This document shows positions 1-16,056 of a stretch of 64,000 nt of DNA, in pieces. The notes under the pieces are model-generated. The model did no database searches, was not told where the DNA came from, and saw only the letters and a list, made by a program, of their open reading frames with translations. The position numbers and the translations under genes are program-made. The DNA is from Bugula neritina. Lineage: Eukaryota > Animalia > Bryozoa. Location: positions 23,548,767 to 23,612,766 of the forward strand of contig OZ037766.1 in assembly GCA_964035545.1 (NCBI GenBank), read 5' to 3'. Each line of letters opens with the position of its first letter. Position 1 is the first letter of the stretch.

Positions 1-1948
1 CTTTAAAAATAAAAGCATATAAATGAAAAAATCCCAGAAGTTGATGTAATTTAAGAATAAATTTATTTCTAATTATTTAATTTCAATTCAAACCTGTCAA
101 ATCAAAACGTAAAACAATGAAACGAAGAAGATTTATAGTGAATAAAGACTTTAATTGGAAAAAATAAAGTTATGTTAATATAACTACCCTTCTGTAATAT
201 TTTCTTCAATGTTTTATATGACATGCCCACACGTTTGCATTTATAAGGTTTTTAATATTTTCTGATTTCAATGATGATGCATGTTTTGTATAAATTTAAA
301 ACCACTCTTAGCTCATGACGCCTATTGCAAGTTTTGAAAGATGAATAAAATGAGTAATTGCTGTTAATGACCTGTGTTAGATTAAGAAATGCAAAGAGTT
401 GATTTTATTAAAACTGTATATATACTAGTAGACTAAATTCTATGTTTATATCTCCCTTCTCTGATTGAGTTAATAAAGCCCTTGTGGTATGAAACACAGT
501 GTAAATACTGGCTAATATGTGTTTAGAAGTTTACTGCACATGTAAATACTAGCTAATGCTAACTAGTTTGCTTTACATATGCCTGCCTGATATTAAGTTG
601 GTTAAAATACTTGTACAAGAGTCCTTGCAACTTATGAGCATCATGTTCTCCAATAAATCCACAGTTTGGTTGCTACTAAAATATACAATTGCACTTCATT
701 CATTGTTTTTCAAAGCAAGTTGATTGACCTTGAAAAGGGTCAATGTGTATAGAGCTCTGTTTTTTTTAAAAACATTATTGAAAATAGTACAATATATGAT
801 ATTAAACTACACAATAATACAAAAACTTGTATTTCAATTCAATCTGTCTGAATAGTAAACCATATCAACTCTGGTGTAGCTAAACCTCATCACAGTCCTT
901 TCTTTCTCCCTGTGTCTACAAGTAATCATATGATTTTTAGAATAATCAAGGTTTTCTGCCATAGACTTGAGGAAATTACATTTTTTCACATTTGAGAGTA
1001 TTTTTTCTCGGACAAGGTACTGACAAATAGACACTGTACTTTCACACGTGATTTTGAGTAGTTTCGTTAGCAAGTTGACGTGTTGCTGAGATGATAGACT
1101 TCGTTAAATATCAGTAGATGACATTATCAAACTGAGAACTAGAGTGACTGTCACTGCAGCTCTAGACACAACAGACAAGACTAGATGATGATGTTAATAT
1201 TATATGCAGTAAACGTGTAATTCTGAATTGTGGTGTACACCAACTGGGATAATTACAGTGCAAACTTTTATGCAGAGTAAATTGCTGGCAAAACAAGATC
1301 ACAATAACAATCAATAACAGCATTCAGTTATTTACTAAAATAAAAAGGAAAGAAAATCTCAAGAAAATGTTAACATTGTATTATTTCTTTTATATATTTT
1401 CTAAACAATTGCAAATTCATCAAAGTAACGTTAATTACCGCTTAAATTTATCATCAATTAATTTATTTGATGTCTGAAATGACACAAATGTAATTAATTT
1501 TGATTAATATAGTTGATAAGAAATAATACAAGCGTTGCAGTGACATCAAAGTTGGTATAATAATTAATAAATGTTGAAGTGGAAAGAGCAGCTGAATATT
1601 ACAGCTAGCCTTGGAACATTAACAATAATTGTCAATAATACGAGAGGTATATGTAAAGAGTACAGTAAAGGCAATAAATGCCATGGGCTAGGTTGATATG
1701 TATAGGAACATGTAAAAAGAAGACTGTTGTGTAATTACTTTTGACATGCACTGTAAAGCCACACTGCTACAGTATAACATCAACTATCACTAGTCATATA
1801 ACCAAAAATACATAATTTTTATTTCCATAATATTTGCCACTTTTAGTAGCTACTAAGCCTCAATGTCTTTAAAATAGAAAATGTAAATTATGATATTGAA
1901 AACCCAATTGTGAAAATAAAAACTGTAGGTGTATAATAATTTTAATGC

Positions 1949-1979
1949 ATATATATGTATATAATATATATATATATAT

Positions 1980-2072
<93 letters not shown>
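1949..2072. repeat. (TA)n microsatellite with TG interruptions
   Basis: Directly visible TA run; explains the YIYI ORF 1955..2146. Confidence 0.97.
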
Positions 2073-2075
<3 letters not shown>

Positions 2076-4751
2076 GTTTAATTACAAAAATGACCATGAC
2101 ATATTGTAGAGTATTTTGTGGTTTAGAGGTTATAAGATATATTTAATATCTGTAAAATATTACGATTATGTGGCAGCTAGCTTTTACTATCTTGTATGGT
2201 AATAAGTTTCTAATCGCACCAATTCAGAAAAGTAACTGTTGAAGGCTTGCAGGTGTAATGTCTAAATTTTCTAGCCACGTTTGCTCAGTTGAGCTCAGTT
2301 GAGACTTTTTCTCACTGTTATAGTTTTGATATAATGTGACGTGATATAACAGCAGCATGCATGTGTAGGTTTGGTACAACAAACTGCTAGTGACTGGTGC
2401 AAACTAGTCATGTTAGTCTTTGCACAGGTGCTGTGAATAATTGAATTACACTAACTAAACAACATATTTTTATTTTTATTTGAAAGTAATTATTTTGGTC
2501 ATATATTAAATTATAAAATAGATTTTTTTCACATTTTCACAATTAATAATTCTGTAAGTATTTTCTTTGCGAAAGACTACCTCATGTAGAAGCCTCCAAA
2601 CAGACACCTTCTGTTGCTGTCAAAATAAAGTAGAGTTTTGCCAACAAGACTTTTCTATCTGTAAATTTTAGATCACATATTTAGTTCATGACTGCATGCA
2701 TAACATTATAATTTTTTTACGTTTTAGCATAAAATCATATTGAGATACTTAAATTATGAAACTAAGAAATTATTAAATTTTTCTTTTTAAATTTTTAATG
2801 GAAAGATTTTCAATTAGGCTATATTGCAATATCTTTGGTTAAAACTGCTCTCTGAAAGTTACCTATGTAATAAAAATGTTATAAAAAGAGGGCTTATTTT
2901 GCACCAGCCTTTATAGAGCCCAATAAAAGATATTGGGAAGACCTAGTGATAATAGTCATAAATATATTTGAGCTTCTAACAACTGCTTTAAGATGTAAAG
3001 AAATTATTTCTATTTAAGAAATTTAAAGACACTTGGAAGCTACATTCTACAATTAATTTAACGGTTAATAGTTAATAGTAACAAACTAAAACACTACCGT
3101 ATTGTAATAGTGAGTTGCAGCTACAGAGCTAATACAAATAAAACAGCATATTTATTCTGCTGCCGGAGTATATTTCTGGTTCTATAACTGGTTATAAAAA
3201 CATTTGCAGTGAATAGGGAGTCGAGGTTCAACGTGAGTCAGTATAGTGAGTGGCGACTAGAAGTCAGATACCTGCAGAGTTAAAGCTCTACTTTGTTTGT
3301 TTGTGTTTCTTTATAGAAACAAGTGATACATTTGGCAAACAATCAACACTTCATTGGGCCTACATCTGTTTCTTGTTAATTCCAATAAAAACTAGGCCGT
3401 TTAAAACACCTTGAAAGTACAATGGATACAATGCTACAACAATAAACTTCGTGTTGCTACAGAAATGAAGGCTATGTTGCCACAGATATTTTTTTAAAGA
3501 AAACTACAGTAATATATATTGCATAAAGTTTTATTAACCACTACTATTATACTAGAGTTTAATTTTCCTATCATTTTAACTACACCTGATTGCTACTTTA
3601 ATAATTTTGGTAAAACTCTTCTGTGTTCATGCTGTATTTGTTTTACAAACTTCATGCCCTCTAAATCATTGTATTCGGCTCATAGACGAAGCCTAGCTTA
3701 AGGGTTCGCAACTCCTAATTGCTGTATCAATCCTAACATAAATAGGCAACTCCAATTTCTGATGGAGAAGGCGCGGAACTAAATAACTTGTGATGTGTGT
3801 GCCACCTTTTGTAATTTTATCATTCATTGAATTGTATAAAGTATTTAGAAGTTATGAAAGGGCAGCACTGACATTGTCTATACAGCTACCACATATTTTT
3901 ATGTCAACATTATTATATTATATTGTATATTACATTTATTATATATTATATATTATGTAATATATTATTATATTATTATAGCAAGCAGTTTTTACGTGCA
4001 CAAATGTACTGTTCTTATTATTAATTATGAAATCTCAAAATGCTAAAATGAATTAAGTTTTATAGTAAGTTGACATTTGAATCTAATAATATAAGATATT
4101 ATATTCTAATATCTGTAAACTGAATGCATTAGACACAAGTAGTGACTTTTAATTGTATTTAAATACTAGGGAATTTGAGGTTTACTCACTTTGTCTAAAC
4201 ATTTGAAAACTCTAAAAGAAATTTATAATGTATGATGAAAGGTATAAACTTAGGTGCTGTGAAAAATCAAATAATACTTTAGTAATAAACCTTTTAGAGA
4301 TTTTTGTGATCCTCATGTGTTGAAGAGAACATAGTCTTAGTATTGTGTGTGTGTGTCCAGGAAACTGAGGCAAACTTTTCAAATTCCAACTATTGCTGTA
4401 GACTCTAATAGTAATTACTTTATGCCATCTCAAATAACAGGAGAAGACAACTAAAATGACTAGAACTTTCTTTAGAATTTAAACTATAAATTAAATTAAA
4501 ATCAAGCCCTGTTGGTCAAACAAACCATCTAAGGCTAAGCTATATTGCACAAATTGTTATAACTGAATTTGTTGTGATTAGGAAAATATTATCATTGAGC
4601 TTTTAGTTGTGTGGACAACTCTTAGTTTTCATTTCATTTTTATCTGACAGATTCAACATGTGCATGATACATTGCACACTGTTGACACTATTTAGTAACT
4701 TTGGTAATAGTAACAATTTGTATAGCTTGAAAATAACCACCATTACAACAG

Positions 4752-4990
<239 letters not shown>

Positions 4991-5189
4991 TATTGATCTT
5001 ATAAATCTTATTAAAACATTTTATTACAAATAGTTTCATAAGTACAAGTGTGCATGGCATGGTCACCAGATATATCAAAGATGCACAAATTAAAAATATT
5101 AAGTAATAAAGATGGATTGAAATGTGAATAGAAATAAAATTTGCTAAAAGAAGCTAGTAGAAGATTTTAAATTCAAGTCGGGTTCTCTA

Positions 5190-6150
5190 AAATTTTTTTT
5201 AGAGTGCCTGCAATTTGTTACAAATTCAAATTGTCACAATTTCAATTTTGGACAGTGTGGCTTGCAGAGAATAAAACTTTCTTCTGGTACGGCACAGCTT
5301 GCAGAATGACAATGTTGCTACATGATACATGGCAGTGCCCTGGCTAAAATATTTCATTCTATTTTGTAGCTGATGCTATGATATTTTAGCTTCCAAATAT
5401 ATTTACTAAACTTAGTGGAGTGTCTTTTATTAGTGTTCCTGAAGCTAGCTTATGCAGTTGTTATTTGTTATTTCAATTCATTTTCAGTCAAGCTGGCATA
5501 AATCTCCATTACTGCACTGATTCTATTATTGACAGTGGCTTAATAAATTATGGATGTTGAGCAGTATGCAGAGACTATCAAGTGAACAGCTGGTCTTAAC
5601 TCTGCAGTTTTACTGTTTAGGTTACGTGTTGTTGGATTCTTCTTTTGAAAGTATTTTTTTATTCTGAGCGTTTATGAGAGATGAAACATTTTGCATGCAG
5701 CTGTAACTGATTTTGAGTGATTTGGTGCTGAAATTTTTGTGAAGTTCATATTTGGGTGGGAATAATTATGAGGAATACTTTTCCTACATTATAGGGGCTA
5801 CGTAGGCACTAAAAGGAAATTTAACCATGTTATTTGTCTTTTTCAGGTCAACTACTTGCTACAACCTTATAGAACTCAACTTTGTAGTTGTGTCCACTTG
5901 TAATGACTGCATCTTGATGGGTGGTTGTATTATTGAATTCAGTTCTCTTGGATAAAATGGATAAAGGTGTTTGTTGATGGATTCAGGGATATTACTGAGT
6001 ATTAATAGTGAATGATTTAACTTTGCATGTGAGAATGTTTTTGAGTTTATTGTGTGGTTGATACATTTCTTTGTTGAGGTTTAGATGGACATCTAAAAAA
6101 AGCCACAGCTTTTTTTATTTGCATTTACTGTTACTTTAAAGCCCTGTATG
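5190..6150 (-). mobile_element. Degenerate Penelope-like retroelement fragment (RT C-terminal region plus GIY-YIG endonuclease)
   Basis: Minus-strand translation across frameshifts and stops gives, in the expected order: GFKVTVNANKK..FLDVHLNL (~6145-6075), SNIPESINKHL, TWLN/FPFS..NVGKVFL, FPPKYELHKNFSTKSLKISYSCMQNVSSLINAQNKK (~5760-5655), CSLDSLC..SIIY*ATV, STKFSKYIWKLK (~5420-5385), CKLC, EFVTNCRHSKK (~5225-5190). These match recalled Penelope-like ORF motifs. Confidence 0.8.
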
Positions 6151-7901
6151 TATCTGTTTACTATATAAACAAAATATGTATTGCTAATAAGAATGTTGTG
6201 GTATTACGTACTGCATTATTAAACATTGCTACATATATTGCTAATTTCAAAACTAGCTTATAAAGCTAATGTAAAATGAACACATAGCAGTGAGCTTACA
6301 TGCTTCTAGCTTTATTTTCTATTCATGCATTCCGGCTGAAGGGCAAAATTTATGTCTTATTGAACACCCATAGCTTTGTTGATGAAGTATAGTCATGCAT
6401 ATCAACGCAGTTGACAAATTTTTCTAGCATTTATATCCAATAACTATAAATAGTGTTATGTTCCAGCTGTAAATGTATAAGAATTTAATTTAGGGATAAC
6501 TGAGAAAAAGTGATTTTAGTGTTTAATTAGTAGCAGTTATCTAAGAGTCTAGTACGATTATCAATATCAACATAACTTAGCATCCCTATATAAAGTACCA
6601 TTTGTCTGTAAAAACCTATACAGAGAAAAATTATTCTGATTATTGATTATAGTACGCAAGCTGCATATAAATGATATTTTGTGTTGATGGTAGAGTTCAG
6701 GGGCGAATTCTAAACACTGTGCTGGATGCACCACATTTCAACGTGTAATAAATCATTATAACTGTTATCGTGCTTAATAGAACCAAAATTTAGAGCATAA
6801 TTGAAATGCTGGTAATATAGAAAAACTTTAAAACCCTATTCTTCAACACCATATCTAAGATAATAATAAATCACCATATTATAAGGAATTATGGTAATAT
6901 TATAACATTTTTATATAAAAAATTATGCATAATATTTAGTTGAAAGAGAGATAAATACATTTTATAAAATGAAATCAAACTTGGCAATAAACAGCTTTAT
7001 TAAAATTGCTTACAAGCAAGCTTTTTTCATTCCAAGCTGATAGGCTTATTAAAATAATGGTTTGTAAAAACTAAAAATAGCTCTAATAAATTTAAACCAA
7101 CGCCCGAAAATGATTATAAAGAAAGTTGAAAGTTTGAGTTAGAAGCTGTTCATATATAGCGGTTGGCTAGAATAGTTGTGACTAAGCTGCAACAGCTAAA
7201 ATCACCATATTTTATTTATGCTGTTGGTGCTTAAAGACTTTTACTAATAAGTAGAAAAACAGTGAAATAATAATAACATATAAAAAGTTTTCAATTGAAC
7301 ATATCTTTATTTAAAAATCAACCGTAATTAAAAATAATAGTACCAGCTATAACATTATAATATAACATATGATTTAAGGCTCTCATAAGAATTAATTTAT
7401 CTAAATTGAACTACCATCTGGTTAAAGTTTATAAAGCCAGAGTTTTATCCTTACTGAGGAAACTGCAGAAGGCTGCTTCAGATAAACTACCACACCACGT
7501 TATAGCTCTCCCCAAAAGTAACCATGTTCATATAAACTGGTTCATATAAGTGCTAATTAAACTTTGAGAAGTTCAAGTACAGACATCATGTTTGACTTAA
7601 TATTGCTTCAACAGAAACTGATAATGTTTAATTGCTGTGTACTCGTATACATTTGATTTAATATATACTTTGCTAAATATATAGAATTATTCACAATAAT
7701 TACAGTGTTGTGTACTTAGCAATGGGTTGCTCTGGCTGCCTAGCATAACATTAGTGGAGCATGGACACCATTTTCTTTAGTTTAGATGTTACAGTCTAGA
7801 TTCTAGAACATTCTTATCTCTACTAAAGAGCTTTTGTATAACGTGGTAGCTCCAGCCTCTTATTCAAAATTTTGGTAAGCTGGTACTTAGGAAATAATAA
7901 A

Positions 7902-7969
7902 CCAATCGCAACCATTGCTAAGCAACCAATCAGAAAAGGTTAAGGTGAGAGGTCAATCGTACATATAAA
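7902..7969 (+). promoter_or_regulatory. Alpha-tubulin core promoter: CCAAT boxes (7902-7906, 7926-7930), X-box-like element (7914-7926), TATAAA (7964-7969)
   Basis: Motifs lie 130-195 bp upstream of the ATG at 8097 in canonical order. Confidence 0.6.
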
Positions 7970-8096
7970 TATCACAGGTCGGTAGCCCATACCCTAACTG
8001 AGTCTTTCCACTTAGCAAATAACAAGCTCTTGTGGATAGGTCCACTAGAATCTCTTCAACTTTCACAAGTCCTGTACCTTTATTTCCAAAGTAAAC

Positions 8097-11445
<3,349 letters not shown>

Positions 11446-12780
11446 ACCTCATGGGGAAATTAAACAAGCATCCCGCTTTTTTGCTTTCTAGTCAATTAGA
11501 TTCTAAAATATAAAATTCAAACTAGTTATGCTCACTTTTGAATAAATAATTTGATGCAAAACCTCTCTCCTTCTCTTGACTGTCTTTACATTACATTTGC
11601 AGTTTTATAACATCAAAATGTAAGTGTTAATGTTGAAAAAAAGCCAGTAATGTGCTGTGAAATTTTTCTTCATCTTGGCTGATAGCTGAATTCTGCCAAC
11701 TTTTATAACCACAGCAGGAATTTTTTGATCAGCAATGGTAAACTAACAGCAAGAATAAAATGGTGTTAGCTTAATTACTAGTGACATTCAAGGTCGAGTG
11801 TTCTGTGGAGATACATGAAAGTGAGCTGTAAGCTGAACTTGTAATACAGACTGCTGCAGGTAAATTCTGGTGATACTCAATGTGGCAACTGGTTTTAATC
11901 ATTTGTTCTGGTAGAATTCTGTAGCAGAAGTTGTGGGGTCATGAAATGAGAGGAATTGTATGCAAACCTAACATGTTAATTTTTAACATTTCATTTTAAA
12001 TTGTACAGAACTTCAAAAAAAACTATTCAAATGTTGGAAAGAAGCACACCCAGCAGGTAGTAGTCATTTGTTAGCAGCAAAAGAGTAGTGGTGTGGCGAG
12101 GTAATATATAAGTATGTCTATGAGTTATGAGGCTTTCTCACTATAAGTCCAGTTAGTTGCAGTTGGGTAAACAAAATAGAACACGACTGCAGTATATCAT
12201 GAAACTGTATATTAATAGATGGTGAAAAAGAAAAGCTGCTGTTTATTTAGAGTCGCCATGCAAAATCAGAAATTCCGTTGGTTTTGCCAGTATTTGGTTG
12301 AAGGTGGCTTTGAGAACAGCATTTGATGGGCCATACAAATTCATTCCAGCATCATCATTTATCAAAAGCATAAACTTCAACTCTTGCTTCTAGTAGAAAT
12401 TGTTTCAGTTGATCTGGACTGTGTGTGCGTGCGTGTGTGTGTGTATGTGTATTCTACAGCTTGATATCATCAAACATAAAAATCAGCCCTATGAAAAATA
12501 TTTGCAACAATTTTCTAACTTGCTGAGATAAGGTAAATGTAGCAGAAGTTGTCTACCCTAAACTCAGAGTTGTCTGCTTTTGGGAAAATTAGTTAGCACC
12601 AATAAATTAAACTCCTTAGAATTATGTTAGAGTTAGATTTCAATGGTTGGAACACAACATCAGCAGTATCAATAGTTTGCTTCTTCAGACATCTGTTGTA
12701 ATTGTAGAAGAGTTTACAGCAGTAGAATTCCACTGCTACAGAATTTAAATCTCCAGGTTAGCTAGAGGTTTTTGCCTGTT

Positions 12781-12794
12781 GGGGGGGGGGGGGG
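12781..12794. repeat. G14 homopolymer
   Basis: Directly visible. Confidence 0.9.
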
Positions 12795-13370
12795 TGTGAC
12801 ACTTGATGAAAGCTGGAATAAATTTTAAGACAAGTCAAGCAAACACAAATCACAAATAATCTTATTGTACCTATGAACTCAAAAACCGCCATAAACAAAA
12901 AAAACAGTTAAATTATAATAGCTTGAGCACAGATTTTCTAAAACTGATTATTTATATTTTAGAGGAATAAAAAACCTTTTATTAGCTAAATTCTAGTTAT
13001 CATAATAATAGAAAAACTTTCAGTAAGATGTATCTATAATGTAATCTATGCTATTGTATATATTTTAAGTCTTCTTTCTCTTTGATTGTGTTTGTTTATT
13101 GATTTATAAACTCATGTTTTATAGCTTGTAGGACTTGCTTTCAAAGAATTTTCATAGATTAAATTTTTATTTTCTTTAGCAAACATTTTTGCTTTGAGTA
13201 GTACAATTACAAATTTTACATTCTTGACATTGTATACACAGTTGAGCATTATTGAGTATAAAGTTTTATTTCGTATAGCATCATTAGTTAACTGTGTTGC
13301 ATCCACTATTTATCTAAAGATTAGGCTATGAAGGATTTTATCTTAAAAGTAGAAACTCTTAACATTTAAC

Positions 13371-16056
13371 ATGCGGCTGTTCTTGATCTTCGCTGTACTG
13401 GCGACAGTTAATGTGGCTTACTCATTGGAACATTCAACCTCAACAGAGAGTGTGTGCTCTGACCAAACCCCCTGTGACACTTGCTCCAACATAGGGGACA
13501 AGGTCTGCACCAACCTCAAACCAAATGGGCAAAACTCTCAGGCTGAAATGACCTTGCCACATGCCATTAAATGCTTGCGTATACCGAAGAACTTGGTTAA
13601 AAGTAAGTTTAGCTTATAGGAATAAAGATATGTGTGGTAAAGGGTTTGGTTTTATATAATAATGAATTGTTAAATGTTATGGTCGCTCAAAAAAATTCTT
13701 AATTTTTTCTACAATTTCAGCAGTAAAATTTACTTTTTGAAGTCAAAAAATATGGAATTGCAGTTTCCATATATAATTCAGGACAGTTGTCACTTTTTGC
13801 ATTTAACCAATGAGCAATGTCATCTGTAATTAAAATAAATCTATTGTCTCAATAATGCTGTAATTGAAGTTGTGTATGATTAGATGCACTAGCTTACAAC
13901 AACTTAAGAACTTGGGATGAATATTTGCAGTGAGCATTGAAGGAGAGGCGTTCAAAGGACTCCGTGCTCAACTCATAACTGAGAAAAACCAGACGGCTGG
14001 AATATTCAAACAGCCATCTGACAGCTCAAAGCTGGTTTGCAATGGCGAAGCAGCTGTGTATTGCTTTGAAAAAGAAAGAAAATCCGCAGAACTTGTAGCT
14101 GAGATTTTTGACGATAACTTACTAGCAGAAGATCTTAGATGCGAGTAGGTTTTAAGTGTTGAAGTCTAAAATATTGTTCATGTAAGGGAATATAATGTTA
14201 GTTGCTATTATAATTGTTACTTCAACAAGAATAACACAAATTGGCAGTCCAGCTTTCAGGAAGCTAAGAATTCTCTTGCTGGGAAGGGAGGGAAGGTGGT
14301 TGAAGTCCATATCCTTGTGAGAACTCCTAATGGAAATTGTTATAAGCAGATGTTATTGGACTTGTTCATTTTTTGGGAATCATGACTGAATGCTCTCCCT
14401 GACATTACCAATGGTTTTAATGGGATTTGAACCGTTGACCTAGTGTTTACTAAGCCAGTGTTTTAACCAGTAGGCCAAGACTGAATAAAGCTAATAAGAC
14501 TAATGTCATAAAAATAACCCAGTAAAGAGCTATTCTACTGTTGACTGTTGCAATTGCACAAATTTCACTTAGACTCAATTTCTGGTAAAGTTGCTATTAC
14601 ATATTTCAGGGTCACTGTTATGCAACCTCAGAATAACTTTTGGGTGTCTCAAACATTTCCAGGTATACTCTGTTTTATGTTATGTACATAATGTTGCATG
14701 TTATACTGTTTTGTAGTATATAATGTTATATCTTATACTTTAGTTGCGGTATATTATGTTGTATGTAATATCTACTGTATTTATACTACATATAATAATG
14801 GTTTACGCTATACTGTTTTGTAGTATACAATGTCGTATGTTAGACTGTATCTGTAGCGCACCATGTTGCATGTTACACTGTATTTGTAGTATATCATGTT
14901 AAATATCTAATACTGTATTTGTGGTATATTATGTTGTATACTATATTGTATCTGTAGTATGTTACGCTACACTGTGCACTTTGTTTTGTTGCAGTTATTA
15001 AAGAGACTGCTTCAGCATCCCTGGCAACTAGCGGGACTCGGAAAATTAAAAAGAAGCGCCCTGGTCAAAGTAAAAGAGTGAAAAAAGTAATTCAATTTAT
15101 AATTCTGCTCCTAAAGCATTATATGTGATATGTATATAACCTAATTGTATTAATTTCGTGGATTATTACAAATAATAGCTGCTGAATAAGTATTAACCTG
15201 TGAATAATGCAGTGTTAATATACATAAATAGGAATGTGAAATTAGTTATGCTTTATAAGTAATGCATTCAGATCTCCAACACACACATAATTTTATTTAG
15301 CATATAGCAAGTCTAAAGTGAGTATAGTGAGTATAGTGAGTATAGTGAGCATATATAGTGAGTATAGTGAGTATAGTGAGTATAGTGAGTATAGTGAGCA
15401 TATATAGTGAGTATAGTGAGTATAGTGAGTATAGTGAGTATAGTGAGTATAGTGAGTATAGTGAGTATAGTGAGTATAGTGAGTATAGTGAGTAACTGAG
15501 TATAGTGAGTTTCGTGAGTATAGTGGGTATAGTGAGTATAGTGAGTAACTGAGTATAGTGTAAGTATGCGCGGCGGTGCGTGGCGGTGCGTGGTGGTGCG
15601 TGGTGGTGCGTGGTGGTGCGTGGTGGTGCGTGGTGGTGCGTGGTGGTGCGTGGCGGTGCGTGGTGGTGCGTGGCGGTGCGTGGTGGTGCGTGGCGGTGCG
15701 TGGTGGTGCGTGGTGGTGCGTGGTGGTGGGTGGTGGTGCGTGGCGGTGCGTGGCGGTGCGTGGCGGTGCGTGGTGGTGCGTGGTGGTGCGTGGTGGTGGG
15801 TGGTGGTGCGTGGTGGTGGGTGGTGGTGGGTGGTGGTGCGTGGTGGTGCGTGGTGGTGCGTGGTGGTGGGTGGTGGTGCGTGGTGGTGCGTGGTGGTGGG
15901 TGGTGGTGGGTGGTGGTGCGTGGTGGTGCGTGGTGCATATAATCTATGTTGATATGTTTACAGAAACACCTGAAGCAGAAGAAGACAACAAGCAAACAGA
16001 ATAAAAAAAAGATGGCGAAAGCAAAACGAACCAAAAAGCCAAAAAGAAGATCTTAA
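13371..16056 (+). CDS. Secreted Reeler-domain-like protein with Lys/Arg-rich C-terminal tail, 227 aa, 5 exons: 13371-13602, 13931-14144, 14610-14662, 14995-15086, 15964-16056
   Basis: Signal-peptide-like MRLFLIFAVLATVNVAYS. All junctions are GT-AG with matching phases (684 nt total). Reeler-type motifs occur in order: C..LKP..Q...P.AI, VKMSIEGEAFKGLRAQ, AGIF..KLVC..AV, VTVMQPQNNFW. Basic tail ends KKPKRRS*. Confidence 0.8.
14390..14483 (-). mobile_element. tRNA-derived SINE head in intron 2 of the Reeler-like gene
   Basis: Minus strand shows A-box TGGCCTACTGG and B-box GGTTCAAATCC at tRNA spacing, followed by CATTGGTAATGTCAGGGAGAGCATTCA, which is shared with the copy at ~36860-36940. Confidence 0.65.
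14665..14980. repeat. Degenerate TGTAGTATA/TGTTGCATG-type minisatellite filling intron 3 of the Reeler-like gene
   Basis: Recurring tactgtatttgtagtata..atgttg units between the donor at 14663 and the acceptor at 14994. Confidence 0.6.
15318..15560. repeat. 9-bp tandem repeat (GTGAGTATA)n, about 27 units
   Basis: Directly visible, in intron 4 of the Reeler-like gene. Confidence 0.95.
15567..15936. repeat. 10-bp G-rich tandem repeat (TGGTGGTGCG)n, about 37 units
   Basis: Directly visible, with variants TGGCGGTGCG and TGGTGGTGGG; explains ORFs 15297-16034 and others. Confidence 0.97.

Noticed and set aside
834-1073. 79-aa minus ORF with faint hAT-transposase-like wording
   Set aside because: Non-ATG start and no recognisable diagnostic motif; at best a decayed TE fragment.
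3100-3485. Solo-LTR-like segment (TGT..., AATAAA, ...ACA)
   Set aside because: No second LTR, target-site duplication or convincing PBS.
15297-16034. His/Pro/Thr-rich 245-aa and Trp/Val/Gly-rich ORFs
   Set aside because: Translations of 9- and 10-bp intronic satellites.
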